Position numbers and translations under genes: made by a program. Shown here one piece after another: positions 37,526 through 46,586 of a stretch of DNA of 64,000 bases. How positions within the stretch are numbered: the stretch's first letter is position 1; each line of letters starts with the position of its first letter. The notes under the pieces were generated by a model. It made no database searches. It was not told the DNA's origin and saw only the letters and a program-made list of their open reading frames with translations. The DNA lies in the NCBI GenBank assembly GCA_030427365.1, contig JAUHWW010000001.1:31963-95962 (forward strand), given 5' to 3'. Origin of the DNA: a bacterium. GTDB lineage: Bacteria; Patescibacteriota; Saccharimonadia; Saccharimonadales; SZUA-47.

Positions 37526-39265
37526 TTAGCTACTTTTCTCTTTATGTAACCGAAGCAGTTCATCGACAGCATCATCGTATTTTTGAATTCTTTTTTCGTG
37601 GTCAACATCAGAAAATTTTTTCGGATCCCTCATGAGCTCACGCCGAATCTCTATTTCTCGAGGATTAATAGGACGTGGAATACTATAGTCTCGTGTAAAG
37701 CGAACTATAGAATCCCGCAAGGCCTGCGCTTCTTTTTCTTCGCCGCTTTGTATGATGTCGTCGGTTATTCCCTCAGCACGTTTTTTCAGATATCTAATGT
37801 AGGCGGTTTCATGTGTCATTTGGTTGGCAGCGCGCGCGTGCATGTCCATGTTTGTTTCGTCTTGGATCAGGACGGTTTTTCCAGTGTCGTCTTTACTTAC
37901 CTTAAGTCCTTCAGGAACTCCCCCGCTTTCCAAGAGCGACACTTCTATCGCTGCGTCAACTATTAAATGACCAGCAAATCTACCTGCCTCGTATAGCTGT
38001 CTCCGCAAACTTAAGGCATGTTCGAAATCCAAAGACCCTTCGACCTCAACCGTTCCTCTTGGTAGGTGTAATTCAGTCACGTCATCTCTATAGCTGATTA
38101 AGCGAACACCTGAGCCGTCTGTGAGTGATTTATTATTCGGGTTCCAGGTGAGTGTTGCTTCATCACCAAACTTATGGAGTACACCCCAGGCATCAACGTA
38201 TTTATCGCCAATTGTTTGATCGGAAAGAGGCTCATACTTAAAAGTGTGTTTCTCAACAGGTAATTGTGGTTCGACATATGGCGCTGGTTCAACTTTAGGC
38301 AGTGCATCATAATCTTCCTGCGTGTTACGTTTTACAGCTGTAATGATTTGAGCAGCTAGCTCAGGCGCCCTTCTAAAAGCTTGCTCTACGAAGTATTTCG
38401 CATTTTCTTGCAGGTGGTGTGCGGCTTCTTTTCTTGCTTCCTGGCGATTTTTTATTTTTTCTGCCTTATCGTCTGGAAGCTGCATACCAGGGTGAAAAGG
38501 ATCAATAGCCGTCTCAGTTTGCTTAAAGTGAGCTGCATCTCTTCGCGTTTTCGCAAGATGTCGGCCCATTTTCGTGGCATGTTGAACATCTGCATCGAGG
38601 TATGGCACAACCTGCACCAATTTGCGAATAGCGAGTGGGAGTGCTCTAGGACCAGTTTTTGTTGGATCTGATTCTTCGTAAGGCACAGAGGTACCCTTAC
38701 CTGCTGCGAGGCGCTCAGAGATGAAATGATCGGTTGCGACGGCTCTAAGCGCTTCAAGAAGTCCAGTATCTCCAGTGCTTAGTTCGGTTTTTATGCCTTT
38801 TTCAGCCTTGTGTGCTCTCTCGTTGGCACTTGTAATTCTTTTGAACACGGCTGCGATATCTTCCGTGCTTATATCTGCGGGCAGCATAGTTCTCTGTCCT
38901 TGCGAGCTACTGGATGGCGGCAAGTAACTGCCAATCGCCCATCTTACATACTCAGCCGCTACATACTCGTCCGGGACGCGGTTTAGGTCTTCAGAATAGT
39001 ATTCTCTTAGATCTGGTGAGGTAAAGCAGAGATCTTGCGTTGGCTTGCCTAAATCAACGGGCGCATAAGCAGAGGTGTTTACTAAGCTGTCAGAGTAGGG
39101 CGAAAGAGGACTTGTATGGTTCCACGATTTTCGGGTCGTGCTGCGAAATCCTCCGTCACCAGGCCCTACGGGCTGTCGATCATCAACAATCTCTACAAAG
39201 TTAACATCTAGGCTATCAGGTTTAGGGTGCTGGGGCTCTAAAGCGGGAGCGTGTTCGCCGGACAT
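37526..39265 (-). CDS. Orphan soluble protein inserted in the T4SS operon
   Basis: Long ORF with no TM or signal peptide; start taken at the ATG at 39265, downstream of TTGACT-17-TAATAT. Confidence 0.7.
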   Translation of the reverse strand: MSGEHAPALEPQHPKPDSLDVNFVEIVDDRQPVGPGDGGFRSTTRKSWNHTSPLSPYSDSLVNTSAYAPVDLGKPTQDLCFTSPDLREYYSEDLNRVPDEYVAAEYVRWAIGSYLPPSSSSQGQRTMLPADISTEDIAAVFKRITSANERAHKAEKGIKTELSTGDTGLLEALRAVATDHFISERLAAGKGTSVPYEESDPTKTGPRALPLAIRKLVQVVPYLDADVQHATKMGRHLAKTRRDAAHFKQTETAIDPFHPGMQLPDDKAEKIKNRQEARKEAAHHLQENAKYFVEQAFRRAPELAAQIITAVKRNTQEDYDALPKVEPAPYVEPQLPVEKHTFKYEPLSDQTIGDKYVDAWGVLHKFGDEATLTWNPNNKSLTDGSGVRLISYRDDVTELHLPRGTVEVEGSLDFEHALSLRRQLYEAGRFAGHLIVDAAIEVSLLESGGVPEGLKVSKDDTGKTVLIQDETNMDMHARAANQMTHETAYIRYLKKRAEGITDDIIQSGEEKEAQALRDSIVRFTRDYSIPRPINPREIEIRRELMRDPKKFSDVDHEKRIQKYDDAVDELLRLHKEKSS

Positions 39266-39325
39266 AGTATAAATATTACCAGAAATAGGCAATAAAGTCA
39301 ATACGCTTATGCTGGTAATAATCTC

Positions 39326-40171
39326 TTAGGCCTCTTGGTCGTCAGCGCCAGCCCGGCTCTCTTGCTGTCGTCGCATCATCTCGAGCTCTTCCTGTGTCAT
39401 ACCCGCTTCGCGGCTAACCGATCTCGCACCTTCTATAATTGCTCTTAGCTCAGGAGGTACATCCGCTTCATTCATGCGCTCCCTAACAATCTTAGTAACT
39501 GGCTGTCCATTTTCGACGACAGTAACTGTTCGCTCTACCATTGGCCAGCTTGCACCCGCTTCTATGAGATCTGATAGAGTATTTGCATCCTTGCCATCAA
39601 TAGTAAATTTGAAGTTCTCGTCTTTCGTTTTTGGTCTTGGGAGATCAAAGCCATTCGCAACAATCCTTTGAACTTCGCCGTTTGCTGTCGCATTAACATT
39701 TTGCCGCATGCTTTTCATCTGACCAATGCGTTGTCCCATAAGTCGCAAATCAGCTTCTCTTTTTTCGCCAGCAGTTTGAGTGACCCTTCCTTCCTCATCA
39801 ACGCTATCAGTGTATTTGTTTTGTGAGAGGCGAGTTTCAATTTCCTGTACGTCTGCACCTAGCATAGATACAAGATTTTTTGCATCCGTCGGATGGATGT
39901 TGTTCCAGTCGTAGGTACCCATGGCATCAAGCGTCTTTTGCTTCATGCGCAGGTTAATATCTTCTTTGGTCATGCCGGCTTTAATTGTATGTGTTTCACC
40001 AGTAATTTCATCTTGGTAAGTAATATCTTGTGTCGTCGCATCGCCACCACTGGCATTTATCATACGGTTTGCCTGTGCGAGAGCGAGACCCTCACCAAAT
40101 GAGATACGAGATAGCATATATCGCCTGGTTGTAGGCTTCGGCGTAGAGCACTGTATTTCCATGAGTACCAA
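39326..40171 (-). CDS. Probable C-terminal part of the VirB6-like protein (frameshifted) or a separate ORF
   Basis: Overlaps the end of 40092..42122 in another frame; no RBS; helical hydrophilic sequence like the upstream tail. Confidence 0.5.
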   Translation of the reverse strand: MVLMEIQCSTPKPTTRRYMLSRISFGEGLALAQANRMINASGGDATTQDITYQDEITGETHTIKAGMTKEDINLRMKQKTLDAMGTYDWNNIHPTDAKNLVSMLGADVQEIETRLSQNKYTDSVDEEGRVTQTAGEKREADLRLMGQRIGQMKSMRQNVNATANGEVQRIVANGFDLPRPKTKDENFKFTIDGKDANTLSDLIEAGASWPMVERTVTVVENGQPVTKIVRERMNEADVPPELRAIIEGARSVSREAGMTQEELEMMRRQQESRAGADDQEA

Positions 40172-42122
40172 CCTCTATGTCATCCAGCATTTCTGTGGCG
40201 CCATTAATATGCGACGTTTTTGAGCCTGCTTTTGCGGCAGCCGCCATGCCTCCGAGCGAGTCACCATAGGTGTTGTAGAGTGTTCTCGCCTGGGCAATCT
40301 CACCCTCCGCGTCTAGTCCAACAATACCGTTTTTCTCAAGTTCAATTTTCGCCTCTAATTCGTTTCCTTCGGCCCTTGCGAGCGCCAAGTATGCTTGAAC
40401 AAAATTGTCGTTTGCAAATTTCGTCCCAACATTCTTGTCTTCTCCAGCATGCCTCTCGTGCTCTCTATGAAGTCGATCTGCAGCTGCCTTTCTGTTTCCA
40501 GCACTGAGCTTATCCTTCAGACTGTCATCTGTACCCAGAGACTCTTTTAGAGCGAGACCGCTTTTCGTTGCGCTGTTCAAGCGGCTTCCAAAGCGAGATT
40601 TTGCGGCCTTGCTACCCGGCCGTAATAGCCCTCTTTGCTGCACCCGTTCCCAGTCCTTCTTTCCCCTTTCCCGGCGGAACTTCTTTTGTCTATCAAAGAT
40701 ACCTTTACCACGATCATTGACCATGCCGGCGAGGTTGGCGAATGCGCCGCCAAGGTATTTGAATGCGGCTGGAATGGCAAAGAACGGACCAATGTAGGCA
40801 ATGAACTTTAGGAACAAGCTGAATACGCCCTCTAAGCCCTCAAGATCAGAAGTAAAGACGACAGCTGCGAAGCCCCTGCCTGCATAGAGAAGCAGGATAA
40901 TAAGTGGGAATATCATTAGTAACTTGCTGAATGTTGACCACCATAGTTTCCACAGCTTGTCATTGCCGGGGAAAATCCATGACACGATCGCGATCGGCGC
41001 CATAATAATAAGGAAGATTATCAGGAGCTCTCTCACTGAGAGAAGTGCAAAGATAATTATTACTGCCAGAGCCGACGTGAACAGAAAGCTCATGAGAATG
41101 CTGATCGATACAATGCCAACAGCAAGTGCAGCGACAATACCGACAAGACCAACACCCAGTGTTGCGGTTGTTGCAGCCCCTTCTCCTATAGAGAAGACAT
41201 CTGTAAATTCGAGTGCTCCTTTACCGCCAAATGGCGCCGCCACCAGCCCTCCAACGCCATTACCGACATTGTTGGTGAACTCAATTAAGAACACACATAT
41301 ATCAAACGAGAGTGCCATAAATATGACGGCAATGAAGAGTCGTGGCATTGCTCGCTTCACGGTGTAGGCGTCGACAAACTGGAAACCCAATGCAGTTGAT
41401 ATCACCATCACGAGCAAGACTGGTATGAGCAAAATATAGCTGATATTACGGAAGCTCGACCAGACAGCGCGCAATTCAGGGGTCGAGTAGTATTCTTCCT
41501 TTACTTCCAGCGCATCAATGATCTGCTGATCAACCTCTTCAATGACTTCGGCAGAGCCATAGATGATCGGACAGAGTAGCCATCCCCATCCATCCCCACT
41601 TTGTTCACAACTATCTTGCTCAACCACGTCGCCTTCTTCAGGAACATCTGAACTACCGACACCGTCGGGGTTATCGCTGAGCAAAGGACTAATGCTGCCA
41701 CAATCTACCGGAAGAGCTTGACCAGACAGATAGCAGAGACCATTCCCAACACCAACCTCTTGTTGAGGGTTACACTCAGCTTCATCGTAGAAGCCAGCTT
41801 GACTTCCGCTATCAAGTAGTTCGTAACAGCCGGGAGGAGCAGAACTCCCAACTCCGCCTGGGTTGTCGCTAAGCAGCGGCGTAATACTGTTACAGTCTAC
41901 CGGAAGAGCTTGACCAACCAGATAACAGTTTCCATTTCCAACTCCAGCTTGTTGAAGTGAATTACACTCACCTTCATCATAAAAGCCATTTTGAGGTCCA
42001 CCAGAGAGTAGTTCGTAACAGCCAGGATCGGCTGCAAAAGCAGTTTCTGTTGGGATCAGACTTAGTCCAAAAGCTCCAATCAGTACAAAAAATGCTGCGA
42101 AGAAGTAATGTAGAATTTTCAT
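40092..42122 (-). CDS. VirB6/TrbL-like polytopic T4SS membrane protein
   Basis: Signal peptide, GWLLCP and WSSFRNISY motifs, TM cluster with RELLI...APIA...PG. Confidence 0.75.
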   Translation of the reverse strand: MKILHYFFAAFFVLIGAFGLSLIPTETAFAADPGCYELLSGGPQNGFYDEGECNSLQQAGVGNGNCYLVGQALPVDCNSITPLLSDNPGGVGSSAPPGCYELLDSGSQAGFYDEAECNPQQEVGVGNGLCYLSGQALPVDCGSISPLLSDNPDGVGSSDVPEEGDVVEQDSCEQSGDGWGWLLCPIIYGSAEVIEEVDQQIIDALEVKEEYYSTPELRAVWSSFRNISYILLIPVLLVMVISTALGFQFVDAYTVKRAMPRLFIAVIFMALSFDICVFLIEFTNNVGNGVGGLVAAPFGGKGALEFTDVFSIGEGAATTATLGVGLVGIVAALAVGIVSISILMSFLFTSALAVIIIFALLSVRELLIIFLIIMAPIAIVSWIFPGNDKLWKLWWSTFSKLLMIFPLIILLLYAGRGFAAVVFTSDLEGLEGVFSLFLKFIAYIGPFFAIPAAFKYLGGAFANLAGMVNDRGKGIFDRQKKFRRERGKKDWERVQQRGLLRPGSKAAKSRFGSRLNSATKSGLALKESLGTDDSLKDKLSAGNRKAAADRLHREHERHAGEDKNVGTKFANDNFVQAYLALARAEGNELEAKIELEKNGIVGLDAEGEIAQARTLYNTYGDSLGGMAAAAKAGSKTSHINGATEMLDDIEVGTHGNTVLYAEAYNQAIYAISYLIW
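41649..42026 (-). repeat. Two tandem 64-aa Cys-rich repeats in the VirB6-like N-terminus
   Basis: PGCYELL...GFYDExEC...GVGNGxCYLxGQALPVDCxSIxPLLSDNPxGVGSS occurs twice with 192-bp period. Confidence 0.9.
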
Positions 42123-42227
42123 GGCTAGGTAATTATGTACTGAAACTATAACAAAATTTTACCTCTTTTGCTTATCTGATTTTGCTAAGTAGTTATCGAG
42201 CAGGTATTATCTACTATAGATATCACC

Positions 42228-42629
42228 ATGAAAATACTAAAATCACTGCTTATTTTAACCCTTTTTCTAGCACCAGCTAGCCAGGCTGCGAACGCTTCTG
42301 CAAGCGCCACAGATTCAGATAATTTTCGTTTTTCCGCAGCGTTAAACTTCAGTGCTGAGTGCGATCCGCCGCCGAACCAAGACTTGACATCAGAAAATTG
42401 CGGCATCGTTGCGTACCTCGTACTTGCAATTAATGTCCTCTCAGCTGTTGCAGGAATAGCAATTGTTGCGTCGATTATGATAGCCGGATTTCAGTATATG
42501 ACGGCTCGGGATAATGCTGGACAAGTTGAGGCGGCACGTAAACGGATTGTCTGGGCGCTGTTAGCATTGCTGATATTCATATTCACCTATGCCTTTCTAA
42601 ACTTCGTTGTCCCGGGAGGCGTCTTGTGA
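42228..42629 (+). CDS. T4SS pilin (TrbC/VirB2-like) 1
   Basis: Signal peptide, then a hydrophobic hairpin with AGFQYMTARDN...ARKRI loop. Confidence 0.8.
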   Translation: MKILKSLLILTLFLAPASQAANASASATDSDNFRFSAALNFSAECDPPPNQDLTSENCGIVAYLVLAINVLSAVAGIAIVASIMIAGFQYMTARDNAGQVEAARKRIVWALLALLIFIFTYAFLNFVVPGGVL

Positions 42630-43330
42630 TAATCCGTAGGCTACTCAGCTTTACAACGTTGGTTCTTTTTGCCGCAGTTTTACCCCTCAATAGTAGTTCA
42701 TTTGTGAGCGCTCAAACTGGTGAGGACATCTGTCCAAACCCCGGAACCTCAAGCTACGTAGCTTGTGTGCAGGAAGTGAATCAGAAGTTATCTGCATGTG
42801 ATGCGCTTGGAACAGGAACAACAACATGGCAGAGCTGTAGGGAAGAGATATTTGATGATTACGGTTTTTCTGCAGGAGACGGCCCGGAAGTGGATGAGGG
42901 GTTGCCGGCTGGCGCCGCTGTCACTGCAATAAGAGAGGATCCGTGCGGCGAGAATGAGTATGCAACAGATATTTTAGGCATTCCTGTCTGGTACAAGTAT
43001 CTTGATGTTAGGAAGGATGTTTATGAGTACGACAGTGGTGATGAAGTTGAAGGAAAGTGTACGCCTCGTCTAAGTGAGTCAGGCGGCGGTATTGACCCCA
43101 CCTCAGCGTTACCAATCGGGCTAGCGGTACTCGAGGCCATGATGGTCATAGCCGGCTTAGTCGCGGTCGTGATGATTTTCTGGGGCTCCTTCCTTTACCT
43201 GGTCAGCCAGGGTGAGTCAGACAAGGCTGCCGGGGCGCGTAAAACAGTTATCAACGCGGCGATTGGTTTGGTGATCGTGATAATCGCGACGCGTGTCGTA
43301 TCATTTATAGCAACGAGGCTAACAAGCTGA
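42626..43330 (+). CDS. T4SS pilin (TrbC/VirB2-like) 2 with extended 6-Cys N-domain
   Basis: GSFLYLVSQGESDKAAGARKTVINAAIGL motif. Confidence 0.82.
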   Translation: MIIRRLLSFTTLVLFAAVLPLNSSSFVSAQTGEDICPNPGTSSYVACVQEVNQKLSACDALGTGTTTWQSCREEIFDDYGFSAGDGPEVDEGLPAGAAVTAIREDPCGENEYATDILGIPVWYKYLDVRKDVYEYDSGDEVEGKCTPRLSESGGGIDPTSALPIGLAVLEAMMVIAGLVAVVMIFWGSFLYLVSQGESDKAAGARKTVINAAIGLVIVIIATRVVSFIATRLTS

Positions 43331-43629
43331 TGCTGCAAAAAATTACACAGTTCATCGCACAGATAAGTATCGACGAAGGCGATATTGACATTCCTACCAA
43401 CGTTGATCCGGATTCTGGTTCAATTGATACACTTTTGACTCTCATGTTTAGTGTCATGGGTGGGATTGCCCTGCTCGTGATCATCATCGCAGGTATGCAA
43501 TTTGTCCTTAGCCGTGGTGATGCAGAAAAAGCTGCTAAAGCTCGCCGCACTATTATCTATGCCGCTGTTGGGCTCGTGATTGCCGTTATGGCCTTTACCA
43601 TTGTTAGCTTTGTTGTAGGGAGTGTGTGA
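43330..43629 (+). CDS. T4SS pilin (TrbC/VirB2-like) 3, minimal
   Basis: AGMQFVLSRGDAEKAAKARRTIIYAAVGL motif. Confidence 0.85.
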   Translation: MLQKITQFIAQISIDEGDIDIPTNVDPDSGSIDTLLTLMFSVMGGIALLVIIIAGMQFVLSRGDAEKAAKARRTIIYAAVGLVIAVMAFTIVSFVVGSV

Positions 43630-44048
43630 TGTTACGCCGAGCCCTACTCTCACTTCTTGTTTTAGCCTTCTTACCACTGGCTATGACCTCAAGTGTGTCG
43701 GCAGGTGGTTTTGACCCTCTAGGCCGTGCATGTACTACGACAAACGAAGACGGAGAGACAATAAGAATAGAATCGGCTGCATGTGAGGAGAGTGAAACTG
43801 GTCAAGGCTCAGATAACCCGGTCACAGGAGAGACAGGTATTGTGGAACGTGTTGCGAACATTCTCGCGATTGTTACGGCGATTATTGCCATCATTATTAT
43901 CGTCATCGCAGGTATGACGATGTCGCTTTCTGGGGGTGACTCTACAAAGGTGCAGAATTCACGCAACGCCATTATCTACGCCGCTGTTGGCCTAGTGGTT
44001 GTCGCGCTTGCACGAACTATAGTAGTATTTGTGGTAAATAGATTATGA
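43626..44048 (+). CDS. T4SS pilin (TrbC/VirB2-like) 4
   Basis: AGMTMSLSGGDSTKVQNSRNAIIYAAVGL motif. Confidence 0.85.
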   Translation: MMLRRALLSLLVLAFLPLAMTSSVSAGGFDPLGRACTTTNEDGETIRIESAACEESETGQGSDNPVTGETGIVERVANILAIVTAIIAIIIIVIAGMTMSLSGGDSTKVQNSRNAIIYAAVGLVVVALARTIVVFVVNRL

Positions 44049-44500
44049 AAAAGATACTATCGTTTTTTGTTAGCCTTACCTTGCTCAGCGGTTTTTTCGC
44101 ATTCGTGTATGGGCCCCAGCCAGTCATGGCATCTGACGCAGCGAAAGACGCCATCTGTTCAGGCATCGTAGCGGCAGGTGAAGATTGCGGTACGGACGCT
44201 GATGCTGACAGCAGTTCGGTAAGCTCTACTATCGAGACGGTGATCAATATCCTTTCTGTTATCGGAGCCGTTATAGCGGTCATCATGATCATTATTGGTG
44301 GTATGAAGTTCATTACCTCACAGGGTGATGGCAATTCCACAGCTGGTGCGCGCAATACGATTATCTACGCTGTTGTCGGATTGGTCATCATTGCGCTCGC
44401 GCAAGTGATTGTGCAGTTCGTTGTAGGACGGGTTGGCAGTGATCCGCCAGCCTCTCAAAATGTTCCTCCTCCACTACCTCCAGACGGTGGCCCGAGTTAA
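44045..44500 (+). CDS. T4SS pilin (TrbC/VirB2-like) 5
   Basis: GGMKFITSQGDGNSTAGARNTIIYAVVGL motif; Pro-rich C-terminal tail. Confidence 0.85.
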   Translation: MKKILSFFVSLTLLSGFFAFVYGPQPVMASDAAKDAICSGIVAAGEDCGTDADADSSSVSSTIETVINILSVIGAVIAVIMIIIGGMKFITSQGDGNSTAGARNTIIYAVVGLVIIALAQVIVQFVVGRVGSDPPASQNVPPPLPPDGGPS

Positions 44501-44570
44501 AAAGGATTGAGCTCCGATGGAGCTTGTGGTATAAAGTACATAAACAAAGTAATAAGGAATTAGACTAATC

Positions 44571-45014
44571 ATGACAAGACTAAAACGACTATTAGCAAGT
44601 TTTATGCTGACATTCAGCTTTGCAGTGCCAGCGCTCGTGCCGGCTGTAGCTGCGGCTCAAGGCACCAATAACACGGATCAATTATGTGCGGGGGCTAATC
44701 TTGAGTTCACGCTTGATCCAGAAGCAGGTGTCTGTGAAGGAGACGGGGAGGAAGGAAATGCGGGGGACACACTTACCGGTATTGTCACGACTATCATTAA
44801 TATCCTATCAGTGGTCGTTGGTATCGTGGCAGTCATCATGATTATCGTCGGTGGCTTCCAATACCTCACGTCACAAGGTGATTCAGGCAAGGTAACAAAT
44901 GCGAAGAACACGATCCTCTATGCAATTGTTGGTCTCGTAATAGTAGCGCTGGCTCAAATCATCGTCCAGTTCGTGACTGGTCGACTCGGAAACGCACCAG
45001 CATCCGATGGTTAA
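44571..45014 (+). CDS. T4SS pilin (TrbC/VirB2-like) 6
   Basis: GGFQYLTSQGDSGKVTNAKNTILYAIVGL motif; has its own AAGGA RBS. Confidence 0.87.
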   Translation: MTRLKRLLASFMLTFSFAVPALVPAVAAAQGTNNTDQLCAGANLEFTLDPEAGVCEGDGEEGNAGDTLTGIVTTIINILSVVVGIVAVIMIIVGGFQYLTSQGDSGKVTNAKNTILYAIVGLVIVALAQIIVQFVTGRLGNAPASDG

Positions 45015-45032
45015 CAGAGCACTTAACTCTAG

Positions 45033-45066
45033 TAAAAATCTCCCTGCTGTTACGGGGAGATTTTTA
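45033..45066 (+). terminator. Intrinsic terminator after the pilin array, potentially bidirectional
   Basis: TAAAAATCTCCC...GGGAGATTTTTA stem-loop. Confidence 0.8.
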
Positions 45067-45100
45067 TTTAGCTACTGGTTACTCTACAAAAGCAGCAATT

Positions 45101-45130
45101 AAAAAACCGACGTATAGCTACGTCGGTTTT
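45101..45130 (-). terminator. Intrinsic terminator after hsp20
   Basis: AAAAAACCGACGTA-tagc-TACGTCGGTTTT. Confidence 0.8.
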
Positions 45131-45148
45131 ATCCTAGTTCGCTTTGTG

Positions 45149-45646
45149 CTAGTTGATCGTAATCTTCTTGACTGTGTCTTGTTTGAGCTTGTTGAAGCTG
45201 ATGGTTAGAACGCCGTCTTTAAGCATGGCTTCAATTTCATCTTCCTTCACAGGTACTGGCAGTGCGATGCTGCGGCTAAATTCGCCCCAGTAGCATTCCT
45301 GCACGAAGTAGTTCTCCACGCCCTCTTCAGCGCCAGCTGATAGTGTGCCGCGAATTGAAAGCGTATTATCAGCGATACTGACGTCGAGATCGTCTTTGTT
45401 CACGCCAGCGGTGCGGGCTTTTACGACCAACTTCTCTTTCGTCTCATAAACATCAACAGCGAGCTGACCAGGAACAGCCTCGTCCTCATCCCATTCATCG
45501 GCGGCAGGCGCTTCTTGCATCGGCTCATCACCGGCCATATCATCAACTGGGTCAGCAGTTTGTGGCTGATCCATCTCATCACCCAAAAAGGCTGCAGTTA
45601 ACTCATCTTCTAGTAGTAAGTCGTCGTCACGGTTGCGTCGTGCCAT
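45149..45646 (-). CDS. Small heat shock protein (Hsp20/alpha-crystallin)
   Basis: VDVYET, ECYWGEFSRSIALP and LKDGVLTI motifs. Confidence 0.93.
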   Translation of the reverse strand: MARRNRDDDLLLEDELTAAFLGDEMDQPQTADPVDDMAGDEPMQEAPAADEWDEDEAVPGQLAVDVYETKEKLVVKARTAGVNKDDLDVSIADNTLSIRGTLSAGAEEGVENYFVQECYWGEFSRSIALPVPVKEDEIEAMLKDGVLTISFNKLKQDTVKKITIN

Positions 45647-45912
45647 CAGTGTGTACCCTCTCCTTATAATTGTGTGCTCAGGTAGAAAGGGCGCTTGTTG
45701 GCTAACGCAATGCGTAGAGCCATAGAACCGCGCCCTCCCCTTTTCTACCGATTTTTGTGTTACTTCATAGTATAGCGCTTGTGTAAAGCTTGGTTCAACA
45801 GCTAGATGGGTTATTTACAACACTATTTACACAACGCTTACGGCAGCTGCATGTAAGTAGGACACAACGGTTGTGGTTGAGTGTAGGAGTCAGCAGTTCT
45901 ATACTTCAGCGT

Positions 45913-46584
45913 ATGTCAGTTGTCGATACTGTAATTGAGAAGCTCGCCCCATACGAGTGTATTGCTTGTCAGCGCCTTGGTGATCCTTTGTGCGCTCATT
46001 GCCTGTCGCTGGCCGGTTCCCCTCCCCCGGCTCGCTGCGCAGGCTGCAAGAAAATATCAAGCGCAAGCCAGACGTGCAGTACCTGCAAGAAATGGCTTCC
46101 CCTTGGAGTAATATATGTTGCCACGACACTCGATGGGATAGAGGAACGACTCTTGCACGCCTACAAGTTTGATCTGCAGCGCAGCGGCTCAAAAGCTATT
46201 GTCACGCTCATGAAGCAGGTGCTTGAAGGTGGAGAATATGACGTCATGACGTGGGTTCCCACCGCGCCAGCCCGTATCCGCTCAAGGGGTTTTGATCATG
46301 CTCGTTTGCTTGCAAAGGAACTCGCAAAGCATGAAGGCCTGCCGCCAATGGCTCAGCTGCTTCACCGGCGCAGCAACGTGCGTCAGCTCGGTGCTTCACG
46401 CAGAGAACGCCTCGAGCATATGGCCGAGGAGTTTATGCCAACAAATGCGCCTATAAAAGGCAAGAAAGTATTACTTATTGATGATGTCATGACGACTGGT
46501 GCATCTCTGGCCGCAGCAGCAAAAATGTTGAAGCAGATGGGGGCTCGCCAAGTTGACGGCCTCATCTACGCACAAAAACTATAA
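45913..46584 (+). CDS. comF: ComF-family competence protein (zinc ribbon + PRTase)
   Basis: CxxC pairs, RGFDH and LLIDDVMTTGASL motifs; start taken at MSVVD, after TATACT. Confidence 0.88.
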   Translation: MSVVDTVIEKLAPYECIACQRLGDPLCAHCLSLAGSPPPARCAGCKKISSASQTCSTCKKWLPLGVIYVATTLDGIEERLLHAYKFDLQRSGSKAIVTLMKQVLEGGEYDVMTWVPTAPARIRSRGFDHARLLAKELAKHEGLPPMAQLLHRRSNVRQLGASRRERLEHMAEEFMPTNAPIKGKKVLLIDDVMTTGASLAAAAKMLKQMGARQVDGLIYAQKL

Positions 46585-46586
46585 GG

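Noticed and set aside
27061-45014. Integrative conjugative element or prophage interpretation (VirB4, phage-tail lysozyme)
   Set aside because: No integrase, relaxase, att repeats or phage structural genes in the window; the lysozyme domain is fused in a secreted protein.
42228-45014. Type IV (PilA-like) pilins, CRISPR-like array or DGR target array
   Set aside because: No class III G/FTLxE signal, no identical DNA repeats with spacers, and no reverse transcriptase or TR/VR pair.
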